From Chiloscyllium plagiosum (lineage: Eukaryota), in assembly GCF_004010195.1 (NCBI RefSeq), contig NC_057720.1, positions 11,271,911-11,291,910 of the forward strand: DNA of 20,000 bases. The letters run 5' to 3'. Under the pieces are notes generated by a model. That model was not told the DNA's origin. It worked only from the letters and a program-made list of their open reading frames with translations, and made no database searches. Within the stretch, counting starts at the first letter, position 1; every line of letters begins with the position of its first letter. Of this stretch, positions 1 through 10,299 are shown piece by piece. Both the position numbers and the translations under genes were made by a program.

Positions 1-11
1 ACTTATCAAAT

Positions 12-559
12 TTTTAAATTTATTCGCAGGATGTGGGACTTGGCCAATATTTATTCTCCATCACTCATTACCCAGAGGGAGTTGAAAGTCAGCCCAATCA
101 CTGTGGGTCTGGAGTCACATGTAGGCCAGCCCAGGTGAAGATAGCAGATTTCCTTCCCTGAAGGACAAAAGTGAACCAGTTGGGTTTTTTTTTAAAACAA
201 CAATTGACATCGGTTATTGAGCTGAGGAGAAATGTTTTCACCCAGAGAGTGGTGAGCCTGTGGAAGCATCTGCCGGAGAAAGTGATTGAGACCAAAATAT
301 TGAATTATTTCACGTAGGGGTTAGAAATAGTTCGAAAGGGAGTCAAATGGTATGGAGAGAAAATGGGAGCAGGATACTGAGTTGGATGAACAGCCGTGAT
401 CAAATTGAATGGCCTACCCCTGTTCCTATGTTACATGGTCACATAAAACAACTGGAATAATATTTTACTATATGCCCTGGTGAGATTCGAGCCCATGTCC
501 CCAGAACATGAGTCAGGGACACCGAATTAGTAATATTACCAGTACATCACTGCTTCCCC
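12..559 (-). mobile_element. tRNA-derived SINE (same family as 16691-17058), split by a CR1 fragment at ~217-433
   Basis: 12-216 is the reverse complement of the SINE body/tail (ctgtgggtctggagtcacatgtaggccag...gatttccttccctgaaggac). 434-559 is the tRNA-like head with a B-box-like gagattcgagccc. Matches the plus-strand copies at 884-1256 and 16691-17058. Confidence 0.75.
217..433 (+). mobile_element. Old CR1 LINE 3' end fragment
   Basis: gagctgaggagaaatgttttcacccagagagtggtgagcctgtggaa encodes a CR1 ORF2 C-terminal motif (RRNVFTQRVVSLW). Ends in the CR1-type tail gaatggcctacccctgttcctatg. Confidence 0.75.
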
Positions 560-883
560 TTAATGATCAGTGAATAGTTTGCAGCTTTGAGATAATTGCA
601 CAGCTTTTTGTTTCAAGTGATGTGAAACTGAATTCCAATTCTCAAACCTCCCTGATAGGAATGGAATTGCTGGATCCTGATGATGGGGAGGAAGCCAGGA
701 TGGGTGGGCGGTAGCAGGACAAACCCAGAAGCAGTGGGGAATGTAACAGCAGCTTCTCAATTTAAGGGCAGGAACTCTTCAGCAATTCCTTTTCTTTATT
801 TCCCAGATGGTCAACTTGAAGAGATTGTGCGTCAATGGTTAGGGGAGGTGGGAGGGAGGAGAGAATGCAGGGAGAAAGGAGAC

Positions 884-1256
884 ATATTATCACTGGATTA
901 TTAACCCAGAGCCCAGGGGTCGACTCTCCTGCTCCTCGTATGCTGCCTGACTTGCTGTGTCTTTTCCAGCACCACACTTCATGAAATATTAACCCAGAGA
1001 CTCTGGTAATGTTCCCAGGGACCTTGGGTTCAAACCCTGCCATGGAAGCTGGTGGAATTTGTATTCAATTGAAGTCTAATGATGACCATGAATCCATTGC
1101 CAATTGTCATTTTAAAAATCATCAGATTCACTATTGCTCTTTAGGAAAGGAAACTGCCATCCTTACCTGGTCTGGCGTACAAGTGACTCCAGAACCACAG
1201 CAATGTGGTTGACTCTTAACTAGGGATGGGAAATAAATGCGGGCCTAGCCAGTGAG
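884..1256 (+). mobile_element. tRNA-derived SINE interrupted by a Penelope-like fragment
   Basis: B box gggttcaaaccc at ~1026-1037; body ccttacctggtctggcgtacaagtgactccagaaccacagcaatgtggttgactcttaac; tail tagggatgggaaataaatgcgggcctagccag shared with 16990-17045. Confidence 0.8.
919..986 (+). mobile_element. Penelope-like repeat fragment
   Basis: gtcgactctcctgctcctcgtatgctgcctgacttgctgtgtcttttccagcaccacac is the reverse complement of the repeat at 12220-12277. Flanked by the direct repeat tattaacccagag (899-911, 987-999). Confidence 0.7.
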
Positions 1257-1898
1257 GAGGCTGATCATAAGCCCTAGGATGAATTATAGGTGGGTGTGTT
1301 AAGGGATCATGGATGGTGGGGAGATTGTGCAAATGGGGAGGTTTAAGAGATTGTAGCCCTTGAGGGAGTTTGTCAGTGGAGGGTGGAGAGATTGTAGGCC
1401 TGAGGGATGACACAGCATTATGAAGAGATGGTGAATCCAGTGGAGAGGTCTCTAGTACACATATTGCGAATCAGGGAGATTGTAGGTGGAGAGTTTGAAG
1501 ATGCAGGGGATTTGGGGAAAATAGTTGCTGCAGATTAATGGAGGGAAGGCTACCGTTGTGAAATCATGGGCCAGGAAACGATGGTTGGAGAGATGGTGGG
1601 GAAAGAAACTGACTCTTCTGCAGCCTTCAAACAGTGCTGGGTCTGTGCTTATTTCTGTTTACAGCCATTCTTACGTCCCTTCCTTTGCTGCATTTTCCCA
1701 AGTTCATGCAAAGGGGAACCAGGTTAAGCCTCATTCAGGTATCCAGGTCAGTGACTCACTGACAGAAAGTAGGCTGATGACACGTTCATCCCCTCCACAA
1801 TCTACCAACACCCATCATGATGGGTTTCACTATCACCCATCACTTCCCATGATGTGTGTACCAACAATCCCAAGTATTGAGCCATGAGTGCTCAGTGA

Positions 1899-2759
1899 TT
1901 AGAGTCATAGAGATGTACAGCATGGAAACAGACCCTTCAGTCCAACCCTTCCATGCTGACCAGATATCCCAACCCAATCTAGTCCCACCTGCCAGCACCC
2001 GGCGATATCCCTCCAAACCCTTCCTATTCATATACCCATCCAAATGCCTCTTAAATGTTGCAATTGTACCAGCCTCCACCACTTCCTCTGGCAACTCATT
2101 CCATACACGTACCACCCTCTGCGTGAAAAGGTTGCCCCTTAGGTCTCCTTTATAACTTCCACCTCTCACCCTAAACCTATGCCCTCTAGTTCTGGACTCC
2201 CCAACCCCAGGGAAAAGACTTTGCCTATTTACCCTATCCATGCCATCATAATTTTGTAAACCTCTATAAGGTCACCCCTCAGCCTCCAACGCTCCAGGGA
2301 AAATAGCCCCAGCCTGTTCAGCCTCTCCCTATAGCTCAAATCCTCCAACCCTGGCAACATCCTTGTAAATCTTTTCTGAATCCTTTCCAGTTTCACATCT
2401 TTCCGATAGGAAGGAGACATAAATTGCACGCAATATTTCAACAGTGGCCTAACCAATGTCCTGTACAGCCACAACATGACTTCCCAACTCCCGCACTCAA
2501 TACTCTGACCAATAAAGGAAAGCATACCAAGCACCTTCTTCACTATCCTATCTACCTGTGACTCCACTTTCAAGGAGCTATGAACCTGCACTCTAAGGTC
2601 TCTTTGTTCAGCAACACTCCCTAGGACCTTACCATTAAGTGTATAAGTCCTGCTAAGATTTGCTTTCCCAAAAAATGCAGCACCTCACATTTATCTGAAT
2701 TAAACTCCATCTGCCACTTCTCAGCTCATTGGCCCATCTGATCCAGATCCTGTTGTAAT
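1899..2759 (-). mobile_element. CR1 (HER1-like) LINE, 5'-truncated; ORF2 C-terminus plus 3' UTR
   Basis: ORFs 2229-2591 (LYRTLVRPLLKYCVQF...KRFTRMLPGLEDLSYRERLNRLGLFSLE) and 1840-2241 (FTQRVVRVWNELPEEVVEAGTIATFKRHLD) are frameshifted CR1 ORF2. Tail repeat agagtcatagag at ~1901-1912. Confidence 0.95.
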
Positions 2760-2854
2760 TATCATTCACACGCGAGCCTAAATTATAAAACAAGCTCTTC
2801 ATCCACAGACAGCATTAGAATCCAGAATGAAAGAGCTTTTACTCATATGTGCTT

Positions 2855-3160
2855 ATTAGATTAGATTCCCTACAGTATGGAAACAGGCCCTTCGGCCCAA
2901 CAAGTCCACACCAATCCTCTAAAGAGCAACCCACCCAGACATTCACCCCTAACTAATGCATCTAACACTAGACGCAATTAAGCATGGCCAATTCACCTAA
3001 CCTACAGATCTTCGGACTGTGTGAAGAAACTGGAGCACCTAGATGAAATCCACACAGACACGGGGAGAATGTGCAAACTCCACACAGACAGTTGCCTGAG
3101 ACGGGAATTGAACCCAGGTCCCTGGCACTGTGAGGCAGCAGTGCTAACCACTGAACCACT
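2855..3160 (-). mobile_element. HE1-type V-SINE
   Basis: Minus-strand head GTGGTTCAGTGGTTAGCACTGCTGCCTCACAG...GGGTTCAATTCC, V-domain TGTGTGGAGTTTGCACATTCTCCCCGTGTC, CR1-like tail and (TAATC)n end. Possible TSD cttat (2852-2856/3161-3165). Confidence 0.92.
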
Positions 3161-3222
3161 CTTATGCATGGACTGAATTTGTTATATGTCACCCTCTGTA
3201 ACATTGTGACTCTGTAATACTA

Positions 3223-3424
3223 CAAGTCACTCTGTTAAAATGCATGTTTCGTTAATGCAAATTCGCTGTAACACAATTGACGAATTGGGGACACTGTTTT
3301 AAAGCATGTATTGGTTATCATGCTATTCTGGCCCCATTAGTTTAAATGGTGCTGCTAGTACACAAATTTCTTACAACACGGGTTGCACAAGAATGGAACT
3401 ACCACATTACAGCAGAACTGACTG
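3223..3424. mobile_element. Non-autonomous Tc1/mariner (Tigger/pogo-like) MITE, ~200 bp
   Basis: TA at 3221-3222 and 3425-3426. Left end caagtcactctgttaaaatg versus reverse complement of right end cagtcagttctgctgtaatg gives imperfect TIRs. Confidence 0.6.
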
Positions 3425-3548
3425 TACATGTTTGTGCGTGCATGTTATCCACAACAAGATGTCCTCACTTAAAGCCAGAGTTGCATTCATATAATTCAGG
3501 ACTTTAAGATGACTCTAAGTTATAGGTGTTTATAAAATCATGAGGGGC

Positions 3549-4063
3549 ATAGAACATGGAACATAGAAAAATACAGCACAGAACAGGCCCATAGGCCCAC
3601 GATGTTGTGCCGAGGTTTAATCCTAATGTAAAATATACTAACTTAACCTACGCACCCCTCAACTCACTGCTATCCATGTGCAAGTCCAGCAGTCGCTTAA
3701 ATGTCCCCAATGACTCTGCTACCACCACCACAGCTGGCAACACATTCCATGCATTCACAACTCTCTGCGTAAAGAACCTACCTCTGACGTCACCTTTATA
3801 CCTTACTCCTAATATCTTAAAACTATGACTTCTCGTACCAGTCAATCCTGCCCTGGGGAAAAGTCTCTGGCTATTGACTCTATCTATTCCTCTCCTTATT
3901 TTGTACACCTCGATCAGGTTTCCTCTCTTCCTCCTTCTCTCCAGAGAGAAAAGTCCGAGCTTATTCAACCTTTCTTCATAAGGCAAGCCCTCCAGTCCAG
4001 GCAGCTTCCTGGTAAACCTTCTTTGCACCCTCTCCAAAGCCTCTGTATCTTTCCTATAGTAGG
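3549..4063 (-). mobile_element. CR1 LINE 3' fragment (second subfamily), cut by the assembly gap
   Basis: ORF 3648-4037 ERVQRRFTRKLPGLEGLPYEERLNKLGLFSLERRR...FFTQRVVNAWNVLP...FKRLLD; tail of catagaa-like units at 3549-3570. Confidence 0.93.
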
Positions 4064-4563
4064 NNNNNNNNNNNNNNNNNNNNNNNNNNNNNNNNNNNNN
4101 NNNNNNNNNNNNNNNNNNNNNNNNNNNNNNNNNNNNNNNNNNNNNNNNNNNNNNNNNNNNNNNNNNNNNNNNNNNNNNNNNNNNNNNNNNNNNNNNNNNN
4201 NNNNNNNNNNNNNNNNNNNNNNNNNNNNNNNNNNNNNNNNNNNNNNNNNNNNNNNNNNNNNNNNNNNNNNNNNNNNNNNNNNNNNNNNNNNNNNNNNNNN
4301 NNNNNNNNNNNNNNNNNNNNNNNNNNNNNNNNNNNNNNNNNNNNNNNNNNNNNNNNNNNNNNNNNNNNNNNNNNNNNNNNNNNNNNNNNNNNNNNNNNNN
4401 NNNNNNNNNNNNNNNNNNNNNNNNNNNNNNNNNNNNNNNNNNNNNNNNNNNNNNNNNNNNNNNNNNNNNNNNNNNNNNNNNNNNNNNNNNNNNNNNNNNN
4501 NNNNNNNNNNNNNNNNNNNNNNNNNNNNNNNNNNNNNNNNNNNNNNNNNNNNNNNNNNNNNNN
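4064..4563. other. Assembly gap (500 N)
   Basis: Run of N characters. Confidence 1.
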
Positions 4564-4613
4564 GTGAAATCAGCGATCCTTTTCGAGGGAGGAGGAGAAT
4601 TTCTTCAAGGTGG

Positions 4614-4768
4614 GCATCTTTGGACTGTGGGAGGAAAGCAAAGCACATGGAGGAAACCCTCACAGGCACAGGAAGCATGCACAAACCCCACACAGACAGT
4701 CACCTTAGGCTGGAATTGAACCAAGATCCTTGTTACTATGAGGCAGCAGTGCTAGCCAATGTGCTACC
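4614..4768 (-). mobile_element. HE1-type V-SINE, diverged 5' half
   Basis: catctttggactgtgggaggaaa...ggaattgaacc...gaggcagcagtgctagcca aligns by eye to 17302-17455. Confidence 0.85.
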
Positions 4769-4977
4769 CAACAACAATGCATTTAGCAACCTCACAGATG
4801 AAGCCATGTTGCAACTCTTGCGATGGTGTGACAGGCACAACAGTGCAAGGCACGGCCAGGAAGTAAGGGATCGAAAAATGGGAAAGGCACTCGACATGAG
4901 GACACCTTTTTTTTAAAAGAAAGAAGGAACTTTAAAGTGAGAATTTTTTTAAAAGGAAAGACTTAAAATGAAGAATC

Positions 4978-5122
4978 CTTGCAAAAGCATAGATCGTGTT
5001 TTTCATATTTTCAGGATGTCCTGAGAGCTTTATTATCAATCTTTTTGAAGTCTCGTCACTGCTATAAATACAGAAAAGGCAACAGTTATATTCTGCACAG
5101 CAAGCTCCCATGAAAGTCAACA
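4978..5122 (-). mobile_element. DeuSINE (SacSINE1/AmnSINE1-like) 3' fragment
   Basis: tcaggatgtcc...tttttgaagtctcgtcactgct...tgcacagcaagctccca. The last motif is the reverse complement of tgggagcttgctgtgca at ~14172. Family recalled from memory. Confidence 0.6.
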
Positions 5123-5768
5123 TTACTATCCAATATTAACAGCTGTTGACAAATAAGAGACTGCAATATGTACTTATCTTCTGTATTTTAAGTGGGCCTT
5201 TCAGGAGAAATAATGTATATTGCAAAATCAATATGACTTGCCACTGTTGAAAGCTCCTCTCTCCATTCTGCCCACCATCCCCCCTACCGGTGCTCAAACA
5301 CTGAAATAGAAGATTGACTCATTCATCTTCGTTAAGCGAATAAATCACACATTATCCTGCCCAAAGTCATTTCAGTCCAAAGAACAGGGTCTATTGACTT
5401 TCTGGGACAATCCAATTTATTTAAATACTGCCTGCTTTGCGTTGCAGATGCTAATGTGGCTTGGAAATCATTGGTGCCAATTTAAATACTGATCGTTCCA
5501 TTCAATTGATTATTTCTTAGTTAAACCTGTCAGAGGCTGGTCTCGAAGTCTTTGTTGCACAATCTCTCAACAAAAGAGCGAATGTTGTGAACGTGGGTTG
5601 GATTGTAATTAATGGATGCATTAGTGGAGTTTACATTTCCTTCATAAATAGGGTTTGTATTATTAATTGTAACTGTTTAATGCTCCTGATGATTAAGGCA
5701 GAGTTTACAGAAACCCAGGTTTGAGTCTCTGACAATCTCAGAGCAGCAACAGGAACAACACCACAACA

Positions 5769-5811
5769 GCAGATTCAAAGGGCCGAATAGCCTACTCATA
5801 CTCCTATTTTC
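5769..5811 (+). mobile_element. CR1 3' tail remnant
   Basis: gcagattcaaagggccgaatagcctactcatactcctat resembles the tail at 10948-10988 (gcaggctgaaagggctgaatagcctaatcatactttctat). Confidence 0.6.
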
Positions 5812-6046
5812 ACTGTTAATTGTGGGCTTGGCACTGAACTAGGGATCCAGACCCCTGAGCAATAATCCAGCTGGGGCATGCAAGAATCCCTGACAGCAAT
5901 TTGAGAATTTCAGGTCAGTTTTAGTATAATCCTTGAAGAATAGTAGTGACCCTATCTCCGAACCAGGATGCCCAGGTTTAACCTCCATCTGCTTCAGAGA
6001 TATGACATAATATCTCAGAACAGGTCGATTAAAGCTTTCTAAATAC

Positions 6047-6809
6047 AATCATAGAGATGTACAGCATGGAAACAGACACTTCGGTCCAACATGTCCATGC
6101 CGACCAGATATCTCAACCCAATCTAGTCCCACCTGCCAACACCCAACCATATCTCTCCAAACACTTCCTATTCATATGCCTATCCAAATGCCTTTTAAAT
6201 GTTGCAATTGTACCAGCCTCCACCTGCCTTTTAAATGTTGCAATTGTACCAGCCTCCACCACTTCCTCTGGCAGCTCATTCCACAGACCCACCTCTGTGT
6301 GAAAAAGTTGCCCCTGAGGTCTCTTTTATATCTTTCCCCTCTCACCATAAACTGATGCCCTCTAGCTCTGGACTCCCTGACACCAGGGAAAAGACCTTGT
6401 CTATTTATCCTATCGATGCCCCTCATGATTTTATAAAACTCCATAAAGCCTCCGCTGCTCTAGGGAAAACAGCCCAGCCTGTTCGGCTTCTCCCTATAGC
6501 TCAAATCCTCCAACCCTGGCAACTTCCTTGTAAATCTTTTCTGACCCCTTTCCAGTTTCACAACATCTTTCCAATCAAGGAGCTATGAACCTGCACACCA
6601 AGGTCTCTTTGTTCACCAACACTCCCTAGGGCCTTACCATTAAGTGTATAAGTTCTGCTAAGATTTGTTTTCCCAAAATGCAGCACCTCACGTTTATCTG
6701 AATTAAACTTCATCTGCCACTCCTCAGCCCATTGGACCATCTGATCAAGATCCCGTTGTAATCCGAGCTAAGTTTCTTTGCTGTTCATTACACCTGCAAT
6801 TTTGGTGTC
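6047..6809 (-). mobile_element. CR1 (HER1-like) LINE fragment with an internal 36-bp duplication and ~160-bp deletion
   Basis: High similarity to 1899-2759. ORF pieces QWAEEWQMKFNSDKREVLHFGK and FYKIMRGIDRINRQGLFP. Tandem duplication 6189-6224/6225-6260; deletion at ~6574 relative to 7309-7471. Confidence 0.95.
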
Positions 6810-7789
6810 ATAGAGTCATAGAGATGTACAGCATGGAAACAGACCTTTCAGTCCAACCCGTCCATCCCAACCCAATCTAGTCCCGCCTGCCAGCACCCGG
6901 CCCATATCACTCCTAACCCTTCCTATTCATATACGCATCCAAATGCCTCTTAAATGTTGCAATTGTACCAGCCTCCACCACTTCCTCTGGCAGCTCATTC
7001 CATACACATGCCATCCTCTGTGTGAAAAAGTTGCCCCTTAGGTCTCTTTAATAACTTTCCCCTCTCACCCTAAACTGATGCCCTCTAATTCTAGACTCCC
7101 CAACCCCAGGGAAAAGACATTGTCTATTATTCCTATCCATGCCATCATAATTTTGTAAACCTCCATAAGGTCACCCCTCAGCCTCCGATGCTCCAGGGAA
7201 AACAGCCCCAGCCTGTTCAGCCTCTCCCTATAGCTCAAATCCTCCAATCCTGGCAACATCCTTATAAATCTTTTCTGAACCTTTTCCAGTTTCACAACAT
7301 CTTTCCAATAGGAAGGAGACCAGATTTGCATGCAATATTCCAACAGTGGCCTAACCAATGACCTGTACAGCCGCAACATGACCTCCCAACTCCTGTATTC
7401 AATACTCTGACCGATAAAGGAAAGCATACCAAACGCCTTCTTCACTATCCTATCTACGTGCGACTCCACTTTCAAGGAGCTATGAACAAAGGTCTCTTTG
7501 TTCAGCTACACCCCCTAGGACCTTACCATTAAGTGTATACGTCCTGCTGTGATTTGCTTTCCCAAAATGCAGCACATCGCATTTATCTGAATTAAACTCC
7601 ATCTGCCACTTCTCAGCCCATTGGCCCATCTGATCAAAATCCTGTTGTGATCTGAGGTAACCTTCTTTGCTCTCCATGACACCTCCAATTTTGGTGTCTT
7701 CTGCAAACTTACTAACTGTACCTCTCATGCTCACATCCAAATCATTTATATAAATGACAAAAATTAGAGGACCCAACACCGATCCTTGT
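6807..7789 (-). mobile_element. CR1 (HER1-like) LINE fragment including part of the RT domain
   Basis: ORF 7480-7815 QGSVLGPLIFVIYINDLD...SKFAEDTKIGG (RT motifs; FADD degenerated to FAED) and ORF 7065-7475 LVRPLLEYCMQIWSP. Confidence 0.96.
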
Positions 7790-7812
7790 TTTAAGACAAT
7801 TAAGTACTCATA

Positions 7813-8556
7813 CAATCATAGAGTTTTACACTACAAAAAAAGGCCATTTGACCCATTTTGACTGTACTAGCTCCTGAAACAGCCACCCAACTATTCCCAT
7901 TCTCCAGCCCTGTCTTCATATCCCTCTAAATTCTGCATATTTTCAAATATCTATGCAGCTCTCTTTTGAAACCTCCGATAGAATTTACCCTCCACCACTC
8001 TCCCAGCCAGTGCATTCCAGATCCTAACAAACTTTCTGAGTAAGAAAGTTTCTCCTCATCTCACTCCTAGCTTTCTTGCTGGCACTCTTGAAATTCTGAC
8101 TCCTGATTACTGACATACCAACTCATGGTAACCCTTCTTTACCCTGGCAAAATTGTTCATAATAAGGTCACCTCAGAATCTTCTTTGCTCTAGGGACAGT
8201 AAGCGCAATCTCTCTCATCTTTCCTCATATTTAAAATCCCCAATTCCTGGCATCATTCTGGTAAACCTCCTTTGAGCTTTTTCCAGGGTTTTAACATCCT
8301 TCCTTAAATAAGATGCTTAGAACTGAATTCAGTACTCCAAATGTGGTCTGACCAACAATTTGTCTATGTGTAGCATCACTTTTAGACCCTGTGTCTCTAC
8401 TTTTAAACCAAAGGATCAAATAAGCCTTCCTAAAAATTGTTTCAATTTGCCTGGCCACCTTCAGAGAATCATGTTTGTGAACCCTGAGCTCCCTGTACTC
8501 CCCTCAAAGTTGTACCATTGAACCTGTATCGTCTCCCCATGTTTCTTCTGCCCAAA
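7813..8556 (-). mobile_element. Older CR1 LINE 3' fragment
   Basis: Tail atcatagagttttacac...ggccatttgaccca; motifs gcattccagatcctaacaa and aactgaattcagtactccaaatgtggtctgacc (reverse reads VRPHLEY*IQF). Confidence 0.8.
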
Positions 8557-8629
8557 GCTCTTGCCCTCAATGTTGTAACACAAGCAGCATATTAACCAGT
8601 ATGCAAATATCAAAGGTCAAACCATGCCA

Positions 8630-9012
8630 TTTGACTGGTACCTCATGCTCCATCTTCAACATTCATTCCCTCTGCCACCGAAACACAGTGGCAGCATCTA
8701 CAAGGTGCACTTCAGCAACTCACCAAGGCTCCTTCAATATCACCTTCAAAGGATGTAGGCAGCAGATACATGGGGATACCACCAGCTGTGAGTTCCCCTC
8801 CAAGCCACTCGCCATCCTGACTTGGAATGATATCAGCGTTCATTCGCTGTCGCTGGGAGAAGATCCAAGAACTCCCTTCCTAAAAATACTGTGGGTGTGT
8901 CTTCCACTTATGGACTACAGCGGCTTAAGTAGACAGCTCACCAAATACTTTTGCAAGACACTTAGTGATAGGGAATAAAGGCCGGCCTGGCCAGCAACAC
9001 CTAGATCCCCAC
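8630..9012 (+). mobile_element. CR1/L2-group LINE 3' end whose tail is shared with the tRNA-SINE family
   Basis: ORF 8601-8978 contains NIHSLCHRNTVAA (degenerate SLHHRR-VA motif). 3' end ttagtgatagggaataaaggccggcctggccagcaacacc matches the SINE tail at 16997-17043. Confidence 0.7.
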
Positions 9013-9021
9013 ATCTTTCAA

Positions 9022-9215
9022 TAGTCTCACAAGTAGCAATGGACAAACAGCCAGATCATTTGTTGCCGTGATACTGACTGAGGATCACTGTTCGCCAGGA
9101 TACTGAGAATGACTTCTCCACTCTTCTTCAAAGTAGCAGAGGTGGGATCTCCACCATTTTGTCTCCAGCTGGAAGGAGAATTGAGACCTTTGGTTTAACA
9201 TCTCATTTGAAAAGG
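9022..9215 (-). mobile_element. DeuSINE central (Deu) domain fragment
   Basis: gccaggatactgagaatgacttctccactcttcttcaaagtag...gggatct...tggtttaacatctcatttgaaa resembles the reverse Deu-domain consensus as recalled. Confidence 0.6.
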
Positions 9216-9711
9216 GTTCAGATGCAATTTTGAGGAAGTGCCCCCCATTTTCCTGACTGCAGGCCATGGGCCCCACTCGGTTCTGGAGCCAGGAGCACAT
9301 CAGGACATGGCTGGGATTCCTGGACCCGGTCCAAAGCAACCAAATCTGGGCCTGTTCCTGCAAGCCTCTGAAGCAAGACATCAGAGGCCATTGGTTTCTG
9401 ACTCAGGCGCAAGAGAGCTACCAACTGAGACATAGGAGTTGGTGCTATTTATGAGTTTTATTTATTGAATAACAGTAGATGGGTTTGAGGGTGAATTGGT
9501 CACGGTGGCCCTTCGCCTTACCTCTGTAAAGCCATCTGGTTGTGAAGTGTGGATACCAAACAACAAGTGGAATTGTGTTGTCCCCTTGCCAGTGAAATAA
9601 TGTGCAGACATCCTTCAGGGGAGAGAGAGGCCTCTGTATCCCCAACAAAAACAATGACAATGAGCAAGAGCATAAAGTAACAGCCTACCAGCACTAAGAC
9701 CTTTCACACCC

Positions 9712-10295
9712 CAACAACAACTTCCATTTATTTCGTGCCTTGAATGTGGCAATTGGTACTTTGCAAGAACACAAAGCCGACAAAACGAAACCAGACAGGG
9801 AGAATTGGTCAAAGGGTAGTGTTTTAAGACCCTTGCAGCGAAGGACAGAGAGGTTTGGCAATGGAATTTCAGATATTAGGATCTGGGCAGCTACAGACAT
9901 GGGCATCAAAGCCAGGACCCCCACAAAGAATTACAAGTGGCCAGAACTGGAAAGGCACAGAACTTTTTAAGGGGTCTGAGGATCTACAGAGGTCGGGAAA
10001 GGTGAGGACTTGGATGGAGATGAAACAGATGAGAATTTTAAAACCAACATGTTTCTGAATTGGATCTGATAGATCCCAGTTACCTATCACCTCTGGACTC
10101 CAAGTGTGAGCTGGGAGTTAGAACATGGGTAGCCGGGTTTTGGATATTCTTCGGCTAACATCAAATGCATAGTACCTGGGTAATATTGGTATAGTTCAGT
10201 TTGGACATAACAAAGAAACAAGTGGAGTAGAGTGGTTTCAGCAGGAGATAATGCTGAGGAAGGTGGAGATGGAAGTAAACAGACTCAGTGATGAA
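9712..10295 (-). mobile_element. L2 LINE 3' fragment, old
   Basis: L2-type tail caacaacaacttccatttattt; ttggtcaaagggtagtgttttaag; gatgagaattttaaaa (reverse FKILI); ttggtatagttcagtttgga (reverse of SRLDY-like). Confidence 0.7.
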
Positions 10296-10299
10296 GGAT

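Noticed and set aside
1810..1825. Perfect 16-bp palindrome acccatcatgatgggt
   Set aside because: Isolated, with no flanking structure; one such palindrome in 20 kb is not unexpected by chance.
3520..3553. Short plus-strand CR1-like piece (tttataaaatcatgaggggcat) abutting a minus CR1 tail
   Set aside because: Too short to interpret; likely a remnant used as an insertion target.
3825..4916. 363-aa and 242-aa ORFs spanning 4064-4563
   Set aside because: Artefacts of translating through the N gap; the flanks are CR1 and SINE sequence.
5835..5930. Degenerate SINE-head-like sequence (similar piece at ~610-680 on the minus strand)
   Set aside because: Similarity too weak to call by eye.
7065..7815. 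Reverse-transcriptase ORFs as a functional gene or novel RT system
   Set aside because: 5'-truncated, frameshifted CR1 ORF2 with the catalytic FADD changed to FAED; an ordinary dead LINE.
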